Part shown: positions 1-13,193 of the stretch, in pieces
Position numbering within the stretch: position 1 is the first letter of the stretch
Layout: every line of letters begins with the position of its first letter
NCBI GenBank assembly: GCA_951406725.2
Contig: OX597820.1
Coordinates: forward strand, 19,964,001 to 20,028,000
DNA from: Octopus vulgaris
Taxonomy: Eukaryota
Direction: 5' to 3'
Length of the DNA stretch: 64,000 nt
Program-made: the position numbers and the translations under genes
Notes under the pieces: generated by a model
What the model was told of the DNA's origin: nothing
Databases searched by the model: none
Seen by the model: the letters and a program-made list of their open reading frames with translations, nothing else

Positions 1-137
1 CACATAGGCTCCGTACATGTGATACCAAAAGTTCAGACATCGTGTCTGAGAAGGAGGGATGCTTGGACCAACAATACGTGCCTTTGAGTAAGATTTAGAG
101 CGCCACGATCTCTTTGACAGAATATACCAGCCGTCTT
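1..137 (-). CDS. MAM protein exon R (partial, runs off the window)
   Basis: KDGWYILSKRSWRSKSYSKARIVGPSIPPSQTRCLNFWYHMYGAYV after a phase-1 cag acceptor. Confidence 0.93.
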
Positions 138-1735
138 CTGAGGATATGAAATATTATATATAACATCATTTAAAAAAATGGAAAAACAATTGACCTTCAT
201 AGGAATTAGACTCTGCATTCTGAATTGTACAGAAATGTTATCCTGTACAAATATACATATACATTTGTACTCAGTGGTTAGAGCGTTAGGCTTACAATCA
301 TGAGGTAATGAGTTCAATTCCTAGACCGAGCTGTGTTGTGTTCTTGAGCAAGACACTTTATTTCACATTGCACCAGTTCACTCAGCTGTAGAAATGAGCT
401 GTGATGTACTGGTGCCAAACTGTATCAGACTTTGCCTTTCCCTTGGATAACATCGGTGATGTGGAGAGAAAAGGCTGATATGCATGGGTGACTGCTGGTC
501 TTCTATAAACAAACTTGCCTGGACTTGTGTTTTGGAGGGGAACTTTCTAGGTGCAATCCCATGGTCATTCATGACCAAAGAGGGTCTTTACCCTTGGCAT
601 AGAGAGGGGAGGCTGGTATGCATGGGTGACTGCTGGTCTTCTATAAACAACTTTGCCTGGACTTGTGCTTTGGAGGGGAACTTTCTAGGTGCAATCCCAT
701 TCATGACCGAAGGGGGTCTTTACTCTTTTACCTTATCTTTAAACATTTAACCCTTTAGCATTCAGATTATTCTGTCAAATGTAATGCATGCTTATTCGCA
801 TTGTTTTTAATTTAATCATGCATTATCTTAAAGCTTTGTGATTTCAACCTTGGGAATGTATATTTCAACAACGACATTTTACCAATGACATTGTTGGGTA
901 GGTGTGAGAGGCCAGACTGACCAGTTTCAACATAAAACAAGTAGAAAATTTTGGGCCTGTTATGGACAGTTTGTACTCTAAAGGGTTAATACAATGTATA
1001 TACATATACAAACACACATTTACTCGCTACATAAAATGTATGTATGCCATAATACTTTTCTTCCTTAATTCAGTACAAGGCCAGCAGTTTGAGAGGAGAG
1101 GCAATTCATTACACTGACCCCAGTATTTGACTGGTACTTTTCTCACAAAAGCAAAAGGTATCATCCAATTTGAGTGTAGTAAGGCCACAGTACTAGTACC
1201 ACCTGAATTAATAAAGGCGAAAGAGGGGAAGACCATTTATTTCAGATGTGTATCATGCAAAACCCGAGGGGCTGAAATAGTGTCCGTTAGTCATGCTGAG
1301 AAGGCCCTCAGAGACATTTTAATATATGTGGCTCATATACAGAGAAGGAGGCAGTTTGCCAGATTGAGGTCCTCTTTAAAAGTGAGGACCTTGCGCAAAG
1401 ACATGCAGTGTCACCCCGGTGGACTGAATAGTCCTCTATCCCAACTGCTTCTCAAAGAGAACCATGAAGATCAGAGTGAATGGCGTACCAGCAGGCGTAA
1501 ATGTCTTTTGGATTGTCGCTTGTGTGGTTCAAGACCCAGGGTCACGTGTGGAGGTGAAAAGGAGCAACAGAGAAATATTATAGAAGTATTGATATGGACT
1601 AATGGCAGGCTGATGGCACAACAATGGATTGAAAGGGAGAAAGAGATAGAGAAAGATAGAGACTGTAATGAGAGAGATATGACCAATTTAAATGCTAAAG
1701 AGTTAACTTAATATATTATTGATTAACACACTTAC

Positions 1736-1879
1736 TTGTTCCAGAGGTATGGTCTGTTGTTGGGCCACTCTTATAGTGTCCCGATGGGCCTTGAGCTCTA
1801 GCCCATTTGAAATCGGCTTTAACATCATTAGTCCAAGAACACATATCTTTTTCAAAAGTGCAGTCGTATTGAGTTGGTG
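1736..1879 (-). CDS. MAM protein exon Q (144 nt, phase 1/1), MAM N-terminus
   Basis: TPTQYDCTFEKDMCSWTNDVKADFKWARAQGPSGHYKSGPTTDHTSGT; ttttacag| ... |gtaagt. Confidence 0.95.
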
Positions 1880-1953
1880 CTGTAAAATTGTAAAAAATAT
1901 AAATAGTTATTAATATGTGTATGGGTGTGTTTATGGGTGTATGTTTTTATGTG

Positions 1954-1998
<45 letters not shown>

Positions 1999-2007
1999 CT
2001 TATATAT

Positions 2008-2056
<49 letters not shown>

Positions 2057-3476
2057 CTATTTCTTTACTACCCATAGGGGGCTAAACACAGAGAGGACAA
2101 ACAAGGACAGACAAATGGATTAAGTTGATTATATCAACCTCAGTGCGACCCCGAAAAGATGAAAGGCAAAGTTGATCTCGGCGGAATTTGAACTCAGAAC
2201 ATAGCAGCAGACGAAATGCCGCTAAGCATTTTACCCAGCGTGCTAACGTTTCTGCCAGCTCATCTGCCGTTCTGTCTGTCTGTGTGTGTGTGTTCTAGGA
2301 TCTCGGGCATCCCCCATCCAATTGCGCTCAAATTTGATATGTAGATACCAATGGTATCAGGGCATGTATAAGTCTTGAAAAAATTACAAAAATTGATTCC
2401 AGGTGAGAATGCGATCGATAAAGCCATGGGAACGTGCATTTGTATGCGCAAGTACATCAGCTGTTGTGATTGATACTACGCATACGTGAGAAAAATGCAT
2501 GTGCGGTTTGCGCAAAAAAAGCCGGCTGGCTTGAAATAATGCCACAAAATGCAGTATATTTAAGAGACCAAAAAAGTAAGGTGCAAAAGAGATATTTTCT
2601 TCAAACTTGGCATGAAGGAAGGAAAGACTATTTGGTTTCTCAAGAAGTTTTTTTTTTACCTTAACTTCATTTAACAAAACCAAAAATTTTATTGAAATAA
2701 AGGTATGCTTAATTATTTTTTATGAAAAGAAAACACTGATTGCTTTTTATTCAGCAGATATGATTAAGCATCATCCATTGGACAGGGGGCGTTTTGCTCA
2801 TATATATATATATAATACATATAAGAGGGATGACCACTACATGGACATTCATTATGCTAGAAGTAGATCCGCTATTCCTTTCTTTGTGGTAAGACCATAG
2901 GGGTCGACTTCTATCATATGGATGTCCACTTAGTGGTCATCCCTCTTATATGTATGTAATATAATTTTTCTGAATCTTCAGATGTTTCATTATGCTAGGC
3001 CACTGGTTTTAAATTGATATTAATCAAATTAATATTCAATTTTTCATCCTTCTGGCTTCCGTGTCAGTGGCATGTAAAAAGCACCATCCGAATCGTGGCC
3101 GGCCAGTGCCGCCTCGACTGGCTTCCGTGCAGGTGACACGTAAAATGCACCAATCCGACTGTGGCCAATGCCAGCCTCGCCTGGCTCCAGTGCAGGTGGC
3201 ACGTAAAAGCACCCACTACACTCACGGAGTGGTTGGCGTTAGGAAGGGCATCCAGCTGTAGAAACATTGCCAGATAAGACCGGAGCCTAGTGCAGCCTTC
3301 TGGCTTCCCAGATCCCCGGTCGAACCGTCCAACCCATGCTAGCATGGAGAACGGACGTTAAACCATGATGATGATGATGATGATGATTTTTATGTGTGTG
3401 TGTGTGTGTGTGGTATGAGTTATGTTAAGCTTAGCTTGAAAATGCAGTCTTGATTTACCTTCTCCGATTTTTACAC

Positions 3477-3538
<62 letters not shown>

Positions 3539-4183
3539 CACACACGCACGCCTATGTATATACACATGCCAGTATGGAAAAATAGATGTTAAACGATGAT
3601 GGTGCTGATATACTCTTTACTCTTTTACTCTTTTACTTGTTTCGGTCATTTGACTGCGGCCATGCTGGAGCACCGCCTTTAGTCGAGCAAATCGACCCCG
3701 GGACTTATTCTTTGTAAGCCCAGTACTTATTCTACGGTCTCTTTTGCCGAACCGCTAAGTGATGGGGACGTAAACACACCAGCATCGGTTGTCAAGCAAT
3801 GCTAGGGGGACAAACACAGACACACAAACACACACACACACATATATATATACATATATACGACAGGCTTCTTTCAGTTTCTGTCTACCAAATCAACTCA
3901 CAAGGCATTGGTCGGACTGGGGCTATAGCAGAAGACACTTGCCCAAGATGCCACGCAGTGGGACTGAACCCGGAACCATGTGGTTGGTAGGCAAGCTGCT
4001 TACCACACAGCCACTCCTGCGCCTATATATGTATATGCATATATATATGTGTGCATGTATGTGTTTGTCTGTGTGCGTTACTGTCTCATTGCATTTACAT
4101 AGCATCATAGTTGTAAATGAGCCACTTTGTTGTATGCTTCGAGGATACACTGTTGTTCACAAACAAAACAAGCAAAAATTCTG

Positions 4184-4215
<32 letters not shown>

Positions 4216-4287
4216 TTGGTTGTATGTAGATGACTCTTAAGTGCAGAAGGCTTGCACAGAATGAAGGATGATATTGTCTGTGTAGGA

Positions 4288-4561
4288 CAGTGGTTCCCAA
4301 AGTGGGCAGTATTGCCCCCTTGGGTGTGGGGGAAAGTCCTAAGGGGGCGTTGAAGAAAAGTGGGGCGATAATGGGGTAGGTATTCATGTAAAGGTAACGA
4401 AATAATGGGTTCATGAGGTTAAGTTTTATTTGTTAAATACAGTTGCATTGAGTTTGCATTAGAAAGAGGTCTATGTTTGTTATGGTTAGTTGGTCTGGGG
4501 GTGCTAGGAATGTGGGTTGGGTGTCAAGGGGGCAGCAGCCCGAAAAAGCTTGGAACCTCTG
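4288..4561. mobile_element. Probable hAT-type MITE
   Basis: CAGTGGTTCCCAAA...GCTTGGAACCTCTG; TSD only 5/8 matching. Confidence 0.5.
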
Positions 4562-4661
4562 GTTTGGAAGTAGGTGTTGTTGGGAGAGACAGCAAGTGAG
4601 TCATTGAGGCATAAGAAACTGAACCTTGGAGCACACCAAAGTTGATAAAGTTATTGGATAA

Positions 4662-4694
4662 GGAGAGAGAGAGAGAGAGATAGAGAGAGAGACA

Positions 4695-4746
<52 letters not shown>

Positions 4747-5110
4747 TAGAGAAAGAGATAAATAGAGAGACAAACAGTAAAAGAGAGAGAGAGAGAGAGA
4801 GAGAGAAAAGAGTTAAAGAGAGAAAGAGATCAACAGATAGATAGATAGATAGAGAGAGAGAAAAATGGATGGATAGATAGATAGATAGATAGATAGAGAG
4901 AGAGAGGTAGAGAAAGAGACATAGAGAGAGAAAGGGATAGATAGAGAGAGAGAGAAAGAAAGAGAATTAGAGAGAGAAAGAGATAGGTAGATAGATAGAG
5001 AGAGATAGAGCTAAAAAGAAAAATAGATAGATAGATAAATAGAGAGAGTGAGAGAGAGAAAGAGACATAGAGAGAGAAAGAGATAGATAGATAAAGAAAT
5101 AGAGAGAAAG
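4662..5110. repeat. (GA)/(GATA)n purine tract
   Basis: Direct reading. Confidence 0.95.
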
Positions 5111-5292
5111 AGCTCCATCAGTATGTGTTTCAAAAATACAACTCGATAAGAAGCTACCTATCCGAGCAATGGAAAACGAATGGAATCCTTCAGCAGGTAT
5201 TTCTGATAGATTTATGTAGCAAACACTTTGCTGGTACGGCAATGGTTTCTCTTTCATAAGAATGTTTCGGTTATTATAAGACTATTACTTAC

Positions 5293-5379
5293 TTGGTGTT
5301 GTCCTCGGTGGAAGTGCTGTGGTTACTGAACTTGGAATTGTCGATGTCGTAGGAAGTTCCGTGGCCTTTCGAGGAAACA
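5293..5379 (-). CDS. MAM protein exon P (87 nt, phase 1/1), Pro/Thr-rich linker
   Basis: LFPRKATELPTTSTIPSSVTTALPPRTTP; cag| ... |gtaagt. Confidence 0.87.
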
Positions 5380-5520
5380 CTGTTCACAAATAAAACAAGC
5401 AAAAATTCTGTCATCATCATCATCAACATCATCGTTTAAAATTCTCTTTCTGTACTAGCATGGGTTGGACAGTTTGACAGGAGCTGGTCAGGTAAAAGAC
5501 TGCACCATACTTCTGTGTCT

Positions 5521-5950
5521 GTTTTGGCAAGGTTTTTACAGCTGGATGCCCTTCTTAACATCAACCACTCCACAGAGTGGACCAAGTGCTTTTTTATGTG
5601 GCTCAAGCACAGGTGAGGTCAGTTTTGGCAAGGTTTTTACAGCTGGATGCCCTTCTTAACATCAACCACTCCACAGAGTGGACCAAGTGCTTTTTTATGT
5701 GGCTCAAGCACAGGTGAGGTCAGTTTTGGCAAGGTTTTTTACAGCTGGATGCCCTTCTTAACATCAACCACTCCACAGAGTGGACCAAGTGCTTTTTTAT
5801 GTGGCTCAAGCACAGGTGAGGTCAGTTTTGGCAAGGTTTTTTACAGCTGGATGCCCTTCTTAACATCAACCACTCCACAGAGTGGAACAAGTGCTTTTAT
5901 ACGTGGGACAAGCACAGGTGAGGTCAGTTTTGGCAAGGTTTTTACAGCTA
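5521..5950. repeat. Tandem ~101-bp repeat (4+ copies) derived from the RTE 3' UTR
   Basis: gttttggcaaggtt recurs at 5521, 5622, 5723, 5825 and 5927. Confidence 0.93.
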
Positions 5951-7414
5951 AATGTTCTTCCAAATGCCAACCACTTCACAGTGTAGACTTGATGCTTTTT
6001 AAGTGACCCCAACACTGGCAGGGTCACCAAGTACAAAAACAAAAGATTATATGCAAGTTGTTTAAAAGATTTTATATCTGGCCATTATTTTCAGTGTTAG
6101 CCATTATAAGGTTGTCTTTCGTTTTTTATCTTTTATCTTTTACTTGTTTCAATCATTAGAATGCGACCATGTTGGGGCATCACCTTGAAGGGTTTTAGTT
6201 GAACAAATCAACCTCAATACTTATTTTTTCTTTTAAAGTCTGTTACTTATTCTCTCATTCGCCAAACTGCTAAGTTACAGGGATGTAAACAAACCAATAC
6301 CAGTTGTCAAGTGGTGATAGGTTGTCAAACACACACACAGACTTTTTTTTATAAACCTTGTACTTATTCTATTGGTCTCTTTTGCCAAACTGCTAAGTTA
6401 CAGATATCAAGTAGTGATGGTTTGCCAAACACATACACAAACATACATATGGCAGGATTCTTTCAGTTTCCATCTAACAAATCCACTCACATATCTTTGG
6501 TGGGCCTGGGGCTAGAGTAGAAGACACTTGCCCAAGGTGCCACACAGTGAGACTGAGCCCAAAAGCTATGTGGTTTGGAAGCAAGCATCTTACCACACAA
6601 TCACACATGCACCAATTTCAAAGTATTTAACAACAACCAATGTTTAACTTAAAATAATAATAAATGCACCCTTTTAAAGCCTAGCCAGGTCATGGGCCTG
6701 GTTTCTCGGTTTCCATGGTGTATGTGTTCCCCATCTGGATGGGACGCCAGTCCATCGCAGCGTTACTCATTTTTGCCAGCTGAGTGGACTGGAGCAACGT
6801 GAAATGAAGTGTTTTGCTCAAGAACACGACGCGTCGCCTGGTCCAGGAATCGAAACCACAATCTTACGATCATGATGCTGACACCCTAACCACTAAGCCA
6901 CGCACCTCCACAATGTTTAACTTAGAAGAACAAAAATCATTTAAGCTTGCAGCTGTTGGTAATATTGGTAACAAGGAGAACAAATTCTTTTCTACTCTAG
7001 ACACAAGGCCCGAAATATTTTGGGAGTTGGGGCCAGTTGATTAGATCGACTCCAGTATGCAACTGGTACTTAATTTATCGACTCCAGAAGGATGAAAAGC
7101 AAAGTTGACCTCAGTGGAATTTGAACTCAGAACGTAAAGACAGACGAAATACCCCTAAGCATTTCGCCTGGCATGATAATGTTTCTGCCAGCTCACCACC
7201 ATAAGAAGAACAAATTCTGCTTCAAGAGTTATAACACATCTGCATTTTACATTATTTACATTATTTACAGTTTTTACAATATTTACTTTATTTACATTAT
7301 TAGTTCTCATCTTGTTTGTTGTTAACACATTTCAGCCGATATACCCTCCAGCTTTTGCCAGGTATCTTGGGGTAAATGTCAAACCTGGATTCTCATTCCT
7401 AGGGTATTTTTCGA

Positions 7415-7497
<83 letters not shown>

Positions 7498-8358
7498 TCA
7501 CTGCTTGGAATTGAACTCAGAATCTTGGGATTATTGGCCTGTGCTCTTAACCACTATGCCATATGCCCGTGGCATAGTGGTTAAGAGTGCAGGCAACTCA
7601 CCCTGAGATTCTGAGTTCGATTCCAGGCTATAACCTGAATAATAATAATAATAACATCGAAAAATACCTTAGGAATGAAAACCCAGGTTTGAAATTTCCC
7701 CAAGACACCTGATGAAGGTTGGAGGGTATATCAGCCGAAATGTTGTGTTAACAACAAGCAAGATGAGGACAAATATCTGTCATCATCATCATCATCATCG
7801 TTTAATGTCCGCTTTCCATTCTAGCATGGGTTGGACGATTTGACTGAGGAATGGCAAACCAGATGGCTACACCAAGCTCCAATCTTGATCTGGCAGAGTT
7901 TCTACAGCGAGATGCCCTTCTTAATGCCAACCACTCTGAGAGTGTAGTGTGTGCTTTTACGTGTCACCGGCAAGAGGGCCAGTCAGGCAGTAGTGGCAAT
8001 GGCCACACTCAAATGGTGTTTTTTACATGCCACCTGCACAGGAGCCAGTCCAGCAGCACTGGCAACGACCTCGCTCGAATGTTTTTTCACGTGCCACTGG
8101 CACAAGTGCCGGTGAGGCGACATTGGTAACAATCACGCTCGAAGGGTGCTTTTTACGTCCCACCGGCACAGAAGCCAGTTAGCCACTCTGGCAATGATCA
8201 CACTCGGATGGTGCTCTCAGCGCTTCACTAGCACTGATGCCAGTCATCGAATTTGATTCGTCAAATGTAAATAATGTAAATAATGTAAATAATTCCTCGT
8301 CTCTTAAATATAGAACTATATCTGCAGTTTGATTTGATAAAAGAGAATTTTCACTTAC

Positions 8359-8443
8359 GAGAGCATTTCTTATTGTTGAATTCGATGTCATCAATAGCAA
8401 AATTAACTCTGTTACTGCTTCCACGAACCCCTTCAATGATGAT
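8359..8443 (-). CDS. MAM protein exon O (85 nt, phase 0/1)
   Basis: IIIEGVRGSSNRVNFAIDDIEFNNKKCS; same size and phases as exon E. Confidence 0.93.
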
Positions 8444-8767
8444 CTGAGGAAGAAAAAACACTTTCAGTTTTTGAAAATTATAAAAATCAAATGCAAAATC
8501 AAAATAATGATTATTTGAATGCCATCATAGACATAGATGTCGTCTCTTGTCTTTTACTTGTTTCAGTCATTGGACTGTGGCCATGCTGAGGCACCGCTTT
8601 GGAGATCATGATAACAGCAGCTGGTTAGCCTCCAACAAAAACCAAGGGTTGTACAGAAAATACAGATGATTTGATAACTGAACAAGAAAATTTATCAATC
8701 AATGCACCAATTGCACTCCATCCTGTATCAAGATTAAGCAGAAAAATTCTGCTTAATTATTAAAATA

Positions 8768-10059
8768 CGAGGGACGTTCAATAAGTAATGCCTCTGACCC
8801 ACTTGCATTTGTTTGATCTAGCTGAAATTTTGCATGTGCAATCATTTATATCTCTATAGAGTAAGTGGCAAATTACAGCTCTGAATTAATTGTGGTTTCT
8901 GATTTACAGGTGTTTGAACCGAGTCAAGTGTGAAATGGAGCCTGTTGAGTGTCGAGCAGTGATCCGGGTTTTTGTATTTGAAAGGACGCACACCACAGGA
9001 GACTTTTGATGAAATGAAAGTAACTTATGGTGATGATGCCCCATCATATGACCTTGTAAAACGCTGGCATCGTGAATTCAAACATGGTCGGAACTCTGTG
9101 GAAACAGCTCCCAGATCTGGTCGCCCCCTTCTGCCATTGATGAGGCATCTGTCCGTCAAGTTGAGGCTGCCATTTTGGAAGATCGACGCATAATTATTCG
9201 CCAAATAGCCCATGAGGTCAAGATTAGTACCGGGTCTGTGGAAACTATCATTCATGACCATTTGCATATGCAAAAGGTGTCTGCCAGATGGCTTCCCAGG
9301 TTGCTCACGCCTTTCCAGAAGCAAGAACGCGTCGAGTGCTCGAGGGAGAATTTGGAGATGTGCCAAGAAGATGAGTCAAAATTTTTCAAAAGACTGATTA
9401 CACAAGATGAAACCTGGGTCCATCACGATGATCCAGAGACCAAAGCCCAGTCAATGCAGTGGAAGCACCGTGACTCACCCCCTCCAAAGAAGGCAAGGCT
9501 GCAGTCCTCCGCTGGCAAGGTCATGCTCACAGTCTTCTGGGACCAGGACGGAGTAGTGATGACAGATTTCCTGGCAAAGGGTACCACAATTGCAGGAGCC
9601 TATTATGCTTCTCTTTTGAGGAAATTAAGAGAAGTTATCAAAATCAAGAGGCGGGGCAAGATCAGCAAAGGCATCCTCCTCCTGCAGGACAACGCTCCGG
9701 TCCACAACTCGCTTGTCGCCAGATCAGAAGCACAGGCGTATGGCTATGAACTCCTCCCCATCCCCCCTACTTTCCTGACCTTGCACCCTCTGATTTTCAC
9801 CTCTTCCCAATCATGAAGTTGTTTTTGAAAGGAAAGCGTTTCCCAGATGATGCAGCCTTGATTTCTGAAGTCACGTCGTGGTTGGAGGACCAAGCTGGGT
9901 TCTTCTACAAAAACGGTCTCCAGAGCCGCATCAAACGATGGGAGAAATGCGTAACTCTGGGTTGTTCCTATGTAGAAAAAGACTAATAACTGTGCCAAGT
10001 TTCGTTGCTCTACTGCTATGGGAAGTGGGTCAGGGGCATTACTTATTGAACGCCCCTCG
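8768..10059 (+). mobile_element. Full-length mariner (irritans-like) with frameshifted transposase (~8935-9986)
   Basis: TA|CGAGGGACGTTCAATAAGTAATGCC...GGCATTACTTATTGAACGCCCCTCG|TA TIRs; PRSGRP, WLPRLL, DETW, LQDNA and PDLAPSDF-like motifs across three frameshifts. Confidence 0.95.
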
Positions 10060-11002
10060 TATAACATACAGGAATATAAATTACTGGTATCCTTATATAT
10101 TAATATATTTTATATGTAAAGCATAATATGTTATACATGTATGTATATTCTTGTAATTGTTGTTTTAGTAAATAAATAAATAAATAGACATAGTATAATG
10201 TCTAAAAGTTGGTGAACCGCCTATTGATCCCCTCCATTTTCTTATTGGTTTATGAATTAATGGTAAAATATCTCTTTACCTTCGCCCATTTAATACACCA
10301 GATAATGTAATTGCAATGCAATAAAAAAACACTTGTGTATTAATAATTGGGTATTCTACCAGCAGTATATTGGATAGATATTATCCCTTAGTTGGTTGGA
10401 TTCACTACCTCTAACTTTCTTGGAATATATATATATATATATATATATTATATTGTGTGAAATTTGATTTAGTATTTCTAAATTGAATTTTTTTCCCTGT
10501 AAGTTTGGATTAATATTCCCTCAAATAATTATATATATATATATGGCACGTAAAAAGCACCCACTACACTCACGGAGTGGTTGGTGTTAGGAAGGGCATC
10601 CAGCTGTAGAAACACTGCCAGATCAGACTGGGCCTGGTGCAGCCTTCTGGCTTCCCAGACCCCAGTTGAACCGTCCAACCCATGCCAGCATGGAAAGCGG
10701 ACGTTAAATGATGATGATATATATATATATTTATTCATTTATAATTGAGTGAAGAAGAGCAGTGTGAACTAATGTGTTCTGCCCATTCTGAGAACTGAGA
10801 CCATTATTGCAGGATAATGAGTGAAACACCTTTATCACTTGGTCAAGTTGTATAATTGAGCTAGGTGGTAATTAGGATAACACAAGCTGTTGGTATGGTA
10901 GTTAATGAAATATAGAGTAAGGAAGGAAGAGGGAAAAAAAGCGTAATGTCCATTGAAAGTATTGTTAACTATTAATTGTTGATCAAGAAATAAATATTTT
11001 AC

Positions 11003-11256
11003 CTGGAATGGTTTGTTACTTGCTATTGGGAAGCGGCCTAATCTCCAAAATGTACTTTGAGAGCCTGATAAAACCCAACTGGTAACATTGGAACCAAGCT
11101 GTACCATTATGAATCTGAGAGTACCAATACCTTGTCCAGACATTCTATACCAAAATCTCATGCATTGGTGCATTGAACCATCCAAAGATTCACTGATGAG
11201 AAGAGCATGATCTCCAGGTTTGAACGGGGACAAAGCCCTCAAAAGCAAATAGTGAC
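11003..11256 (-). CDS. MAM protein exon N (254 nt, phase 1/0)
   Basis: GHYLLLRALSPFKPGDHALLISESLDGSMHQCMRFWYRMSGQGIGTL...WRLGRFPIASNKPFQ; tag| ... |gtaaa. Confidence 0.94.
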
Positions 11257-11337
11257 CTATAAAATAAAATGGAGTCTTTTAGATATACAAATAAACTTTT
11301 GTAACTGTGCAGATACTAGACAGATAGATAGAATCAA

Positions 11338-12310
11338 ATAATGAGAAGACTGTGTTGGTTTGGTCATGTTGATGCTTATGGATGGGGACAGCTGTATAGA
11401 GAAGCGTCGAGCTCTAACTGTGGAGGGTACATGTGGAAGGGGTAGTCCTAAGAAGACATAGGACGAAGTGATAAGAAAGGATCTTTGGATGCTGTGGAGG
11501 CACATGGCCTAATGGTTAGAGCAGCGGACTCGCAGTCGAGGGATCGCGAGTTCGAATCTCAGACCGGGCGATGTGTGTGTTTATGAGCAAAAACACCTAA
11601 GCTCCACGTGACTCCAGCAGAAGGTCATGGCGAACTTCTGCTGACTCTTTCGCCACAACTTTCTCTCACTCTTTCCTTCCTGCATATTGCAGCTCACCTG
11701 CGACGGACTGGTGTCCCATCAAGGTGGGGAACCTATACGCCAAGAAACAGGGAAACTGGCCCTTATGAGCCAGGCATGGCTCAAGAAGGAACAAACAAAA
11801 CAAACATCTTTGGATGCTGTGGAGGCACATGGTCTAGTGGTTAGAGCAGCGGACTCGTGGTCGAGGGATCGTGGGTTCGAATCTCAACCAGGGCGATGTG
11901 TGTGTTTATGAGTGAAAACACCTAAGCTCCACGCGGCTCTGGCAGAAGGTCATGGCGAACTTCTGCTGACTCTTTCGTCACAACTTTCTTTCACTCTTTC
12001 CTCTTGCATCTTGCAGCTTATCTGTGATGGACCAGCGTCCCGTCCAGGTGGAGAACCTATATGCCAAGAAGCCGGGAAACTGGCCCTTATGAGCCAGGCA
12101 TGGCTCAAGAAGGAACAAACAAGACAAACATCTTTGGATGCTGGGCCTCACAGAGGAAATGACAAGGGAGTGGAAGATGTGGTGATTTGTTATACTTGAT
12201 AAGACATGTCAAGGTAAATAAAATTGTTGTCTTCCACATACAGGCTTGTCCCTTCAGGTGTCTTTCCTACTTCAAATGCATCCGTGCTGGGGCTGTGTTG
12301 ACGCACCTGT
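11338..12310 (+). mobile_element. Older RTE-LINE 3' fragment interrupted by a tandem pair of tRNA-SINEs (~11493-12143)
   Basis: RRLCWFGHV...TVEGTCGRGSPKKT; host sequence atctttggatgctg repeated three times around two head-to-tail SINEs. Confidence 0.8.
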
Positions 12311-13193
12311 GCTGGTACTGCATGTATTTATTTATTTATTTATTTACTAAAATCACAATTACAGGAACATACATACATGTATAACATATTATGCTTTACA
12401 TATAAAATATATCAATATATAAGGATACCAGTAATTATTAAATTATAACACACAGGAATATAAATTACTGATATCCTTATATATTAATATATTTTATATG
12501 TAAAGCATTATATGTTATACATGTATGTATATTCTTGTAATTGCCATTTTAGTAAATAAATAAATAAGTTGACATAATATAATGTCTAAAAGTTGATGAA
12601 CCACCTATTGATCCCCTCCATTTTCTTATTGCTATATATCATCATCATCATCGTTTAGCATCCGCTTTCCATGCTAGCACGGGTTGGACGGTTCAACTGG
12701 GGTCTGGGAAGCCAGAAGGCTGCACCAGGCCCAATCTGATCTGGCAATGTTTCTACGGCTGGATGCCCTTCCTAACACCAACCACTCTGTGAGTGTAGTG
12801 GGTGCTTTTTACGTGCCACCGGCACAGGGGCCAGATGAGGCTGGCAAATGGCCATGATCGGATGGTGCTTTTTACGTGCTACCGGCATGGAGGTCAGGCG
12901 AGGCTGGTAATGGTCACGATTGGATGGTGCTTTTTACGTGCCACCGGCACGGAGGCCAGTCGGGGCAGCGCTGGCAACAGCCACATTCGGATGGTTCTCT
13001 TATGTGCCACTGGCACTCGTATCACAGCTACAATTTCCATTGGTGTTGATCGATTTTGATTTTGATTTTCACTTGCCTCAACAGGTTTTCACAAGTAGAG
13101 TTTTGTGTCCCAAGAAGGAAAGGTATGCATAAGTGGACTGGCTACATCCCAGGTAGAGGCCACGGGTTATGGTCTCACTTGCACCCATATATA

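Noticed and set aside
1127-1711. 194-aa plus-strand ORF
   Set aside because: No recognisable motif; starts in a SINE remnant, ends in a GA tract, and is antisense within an intron.
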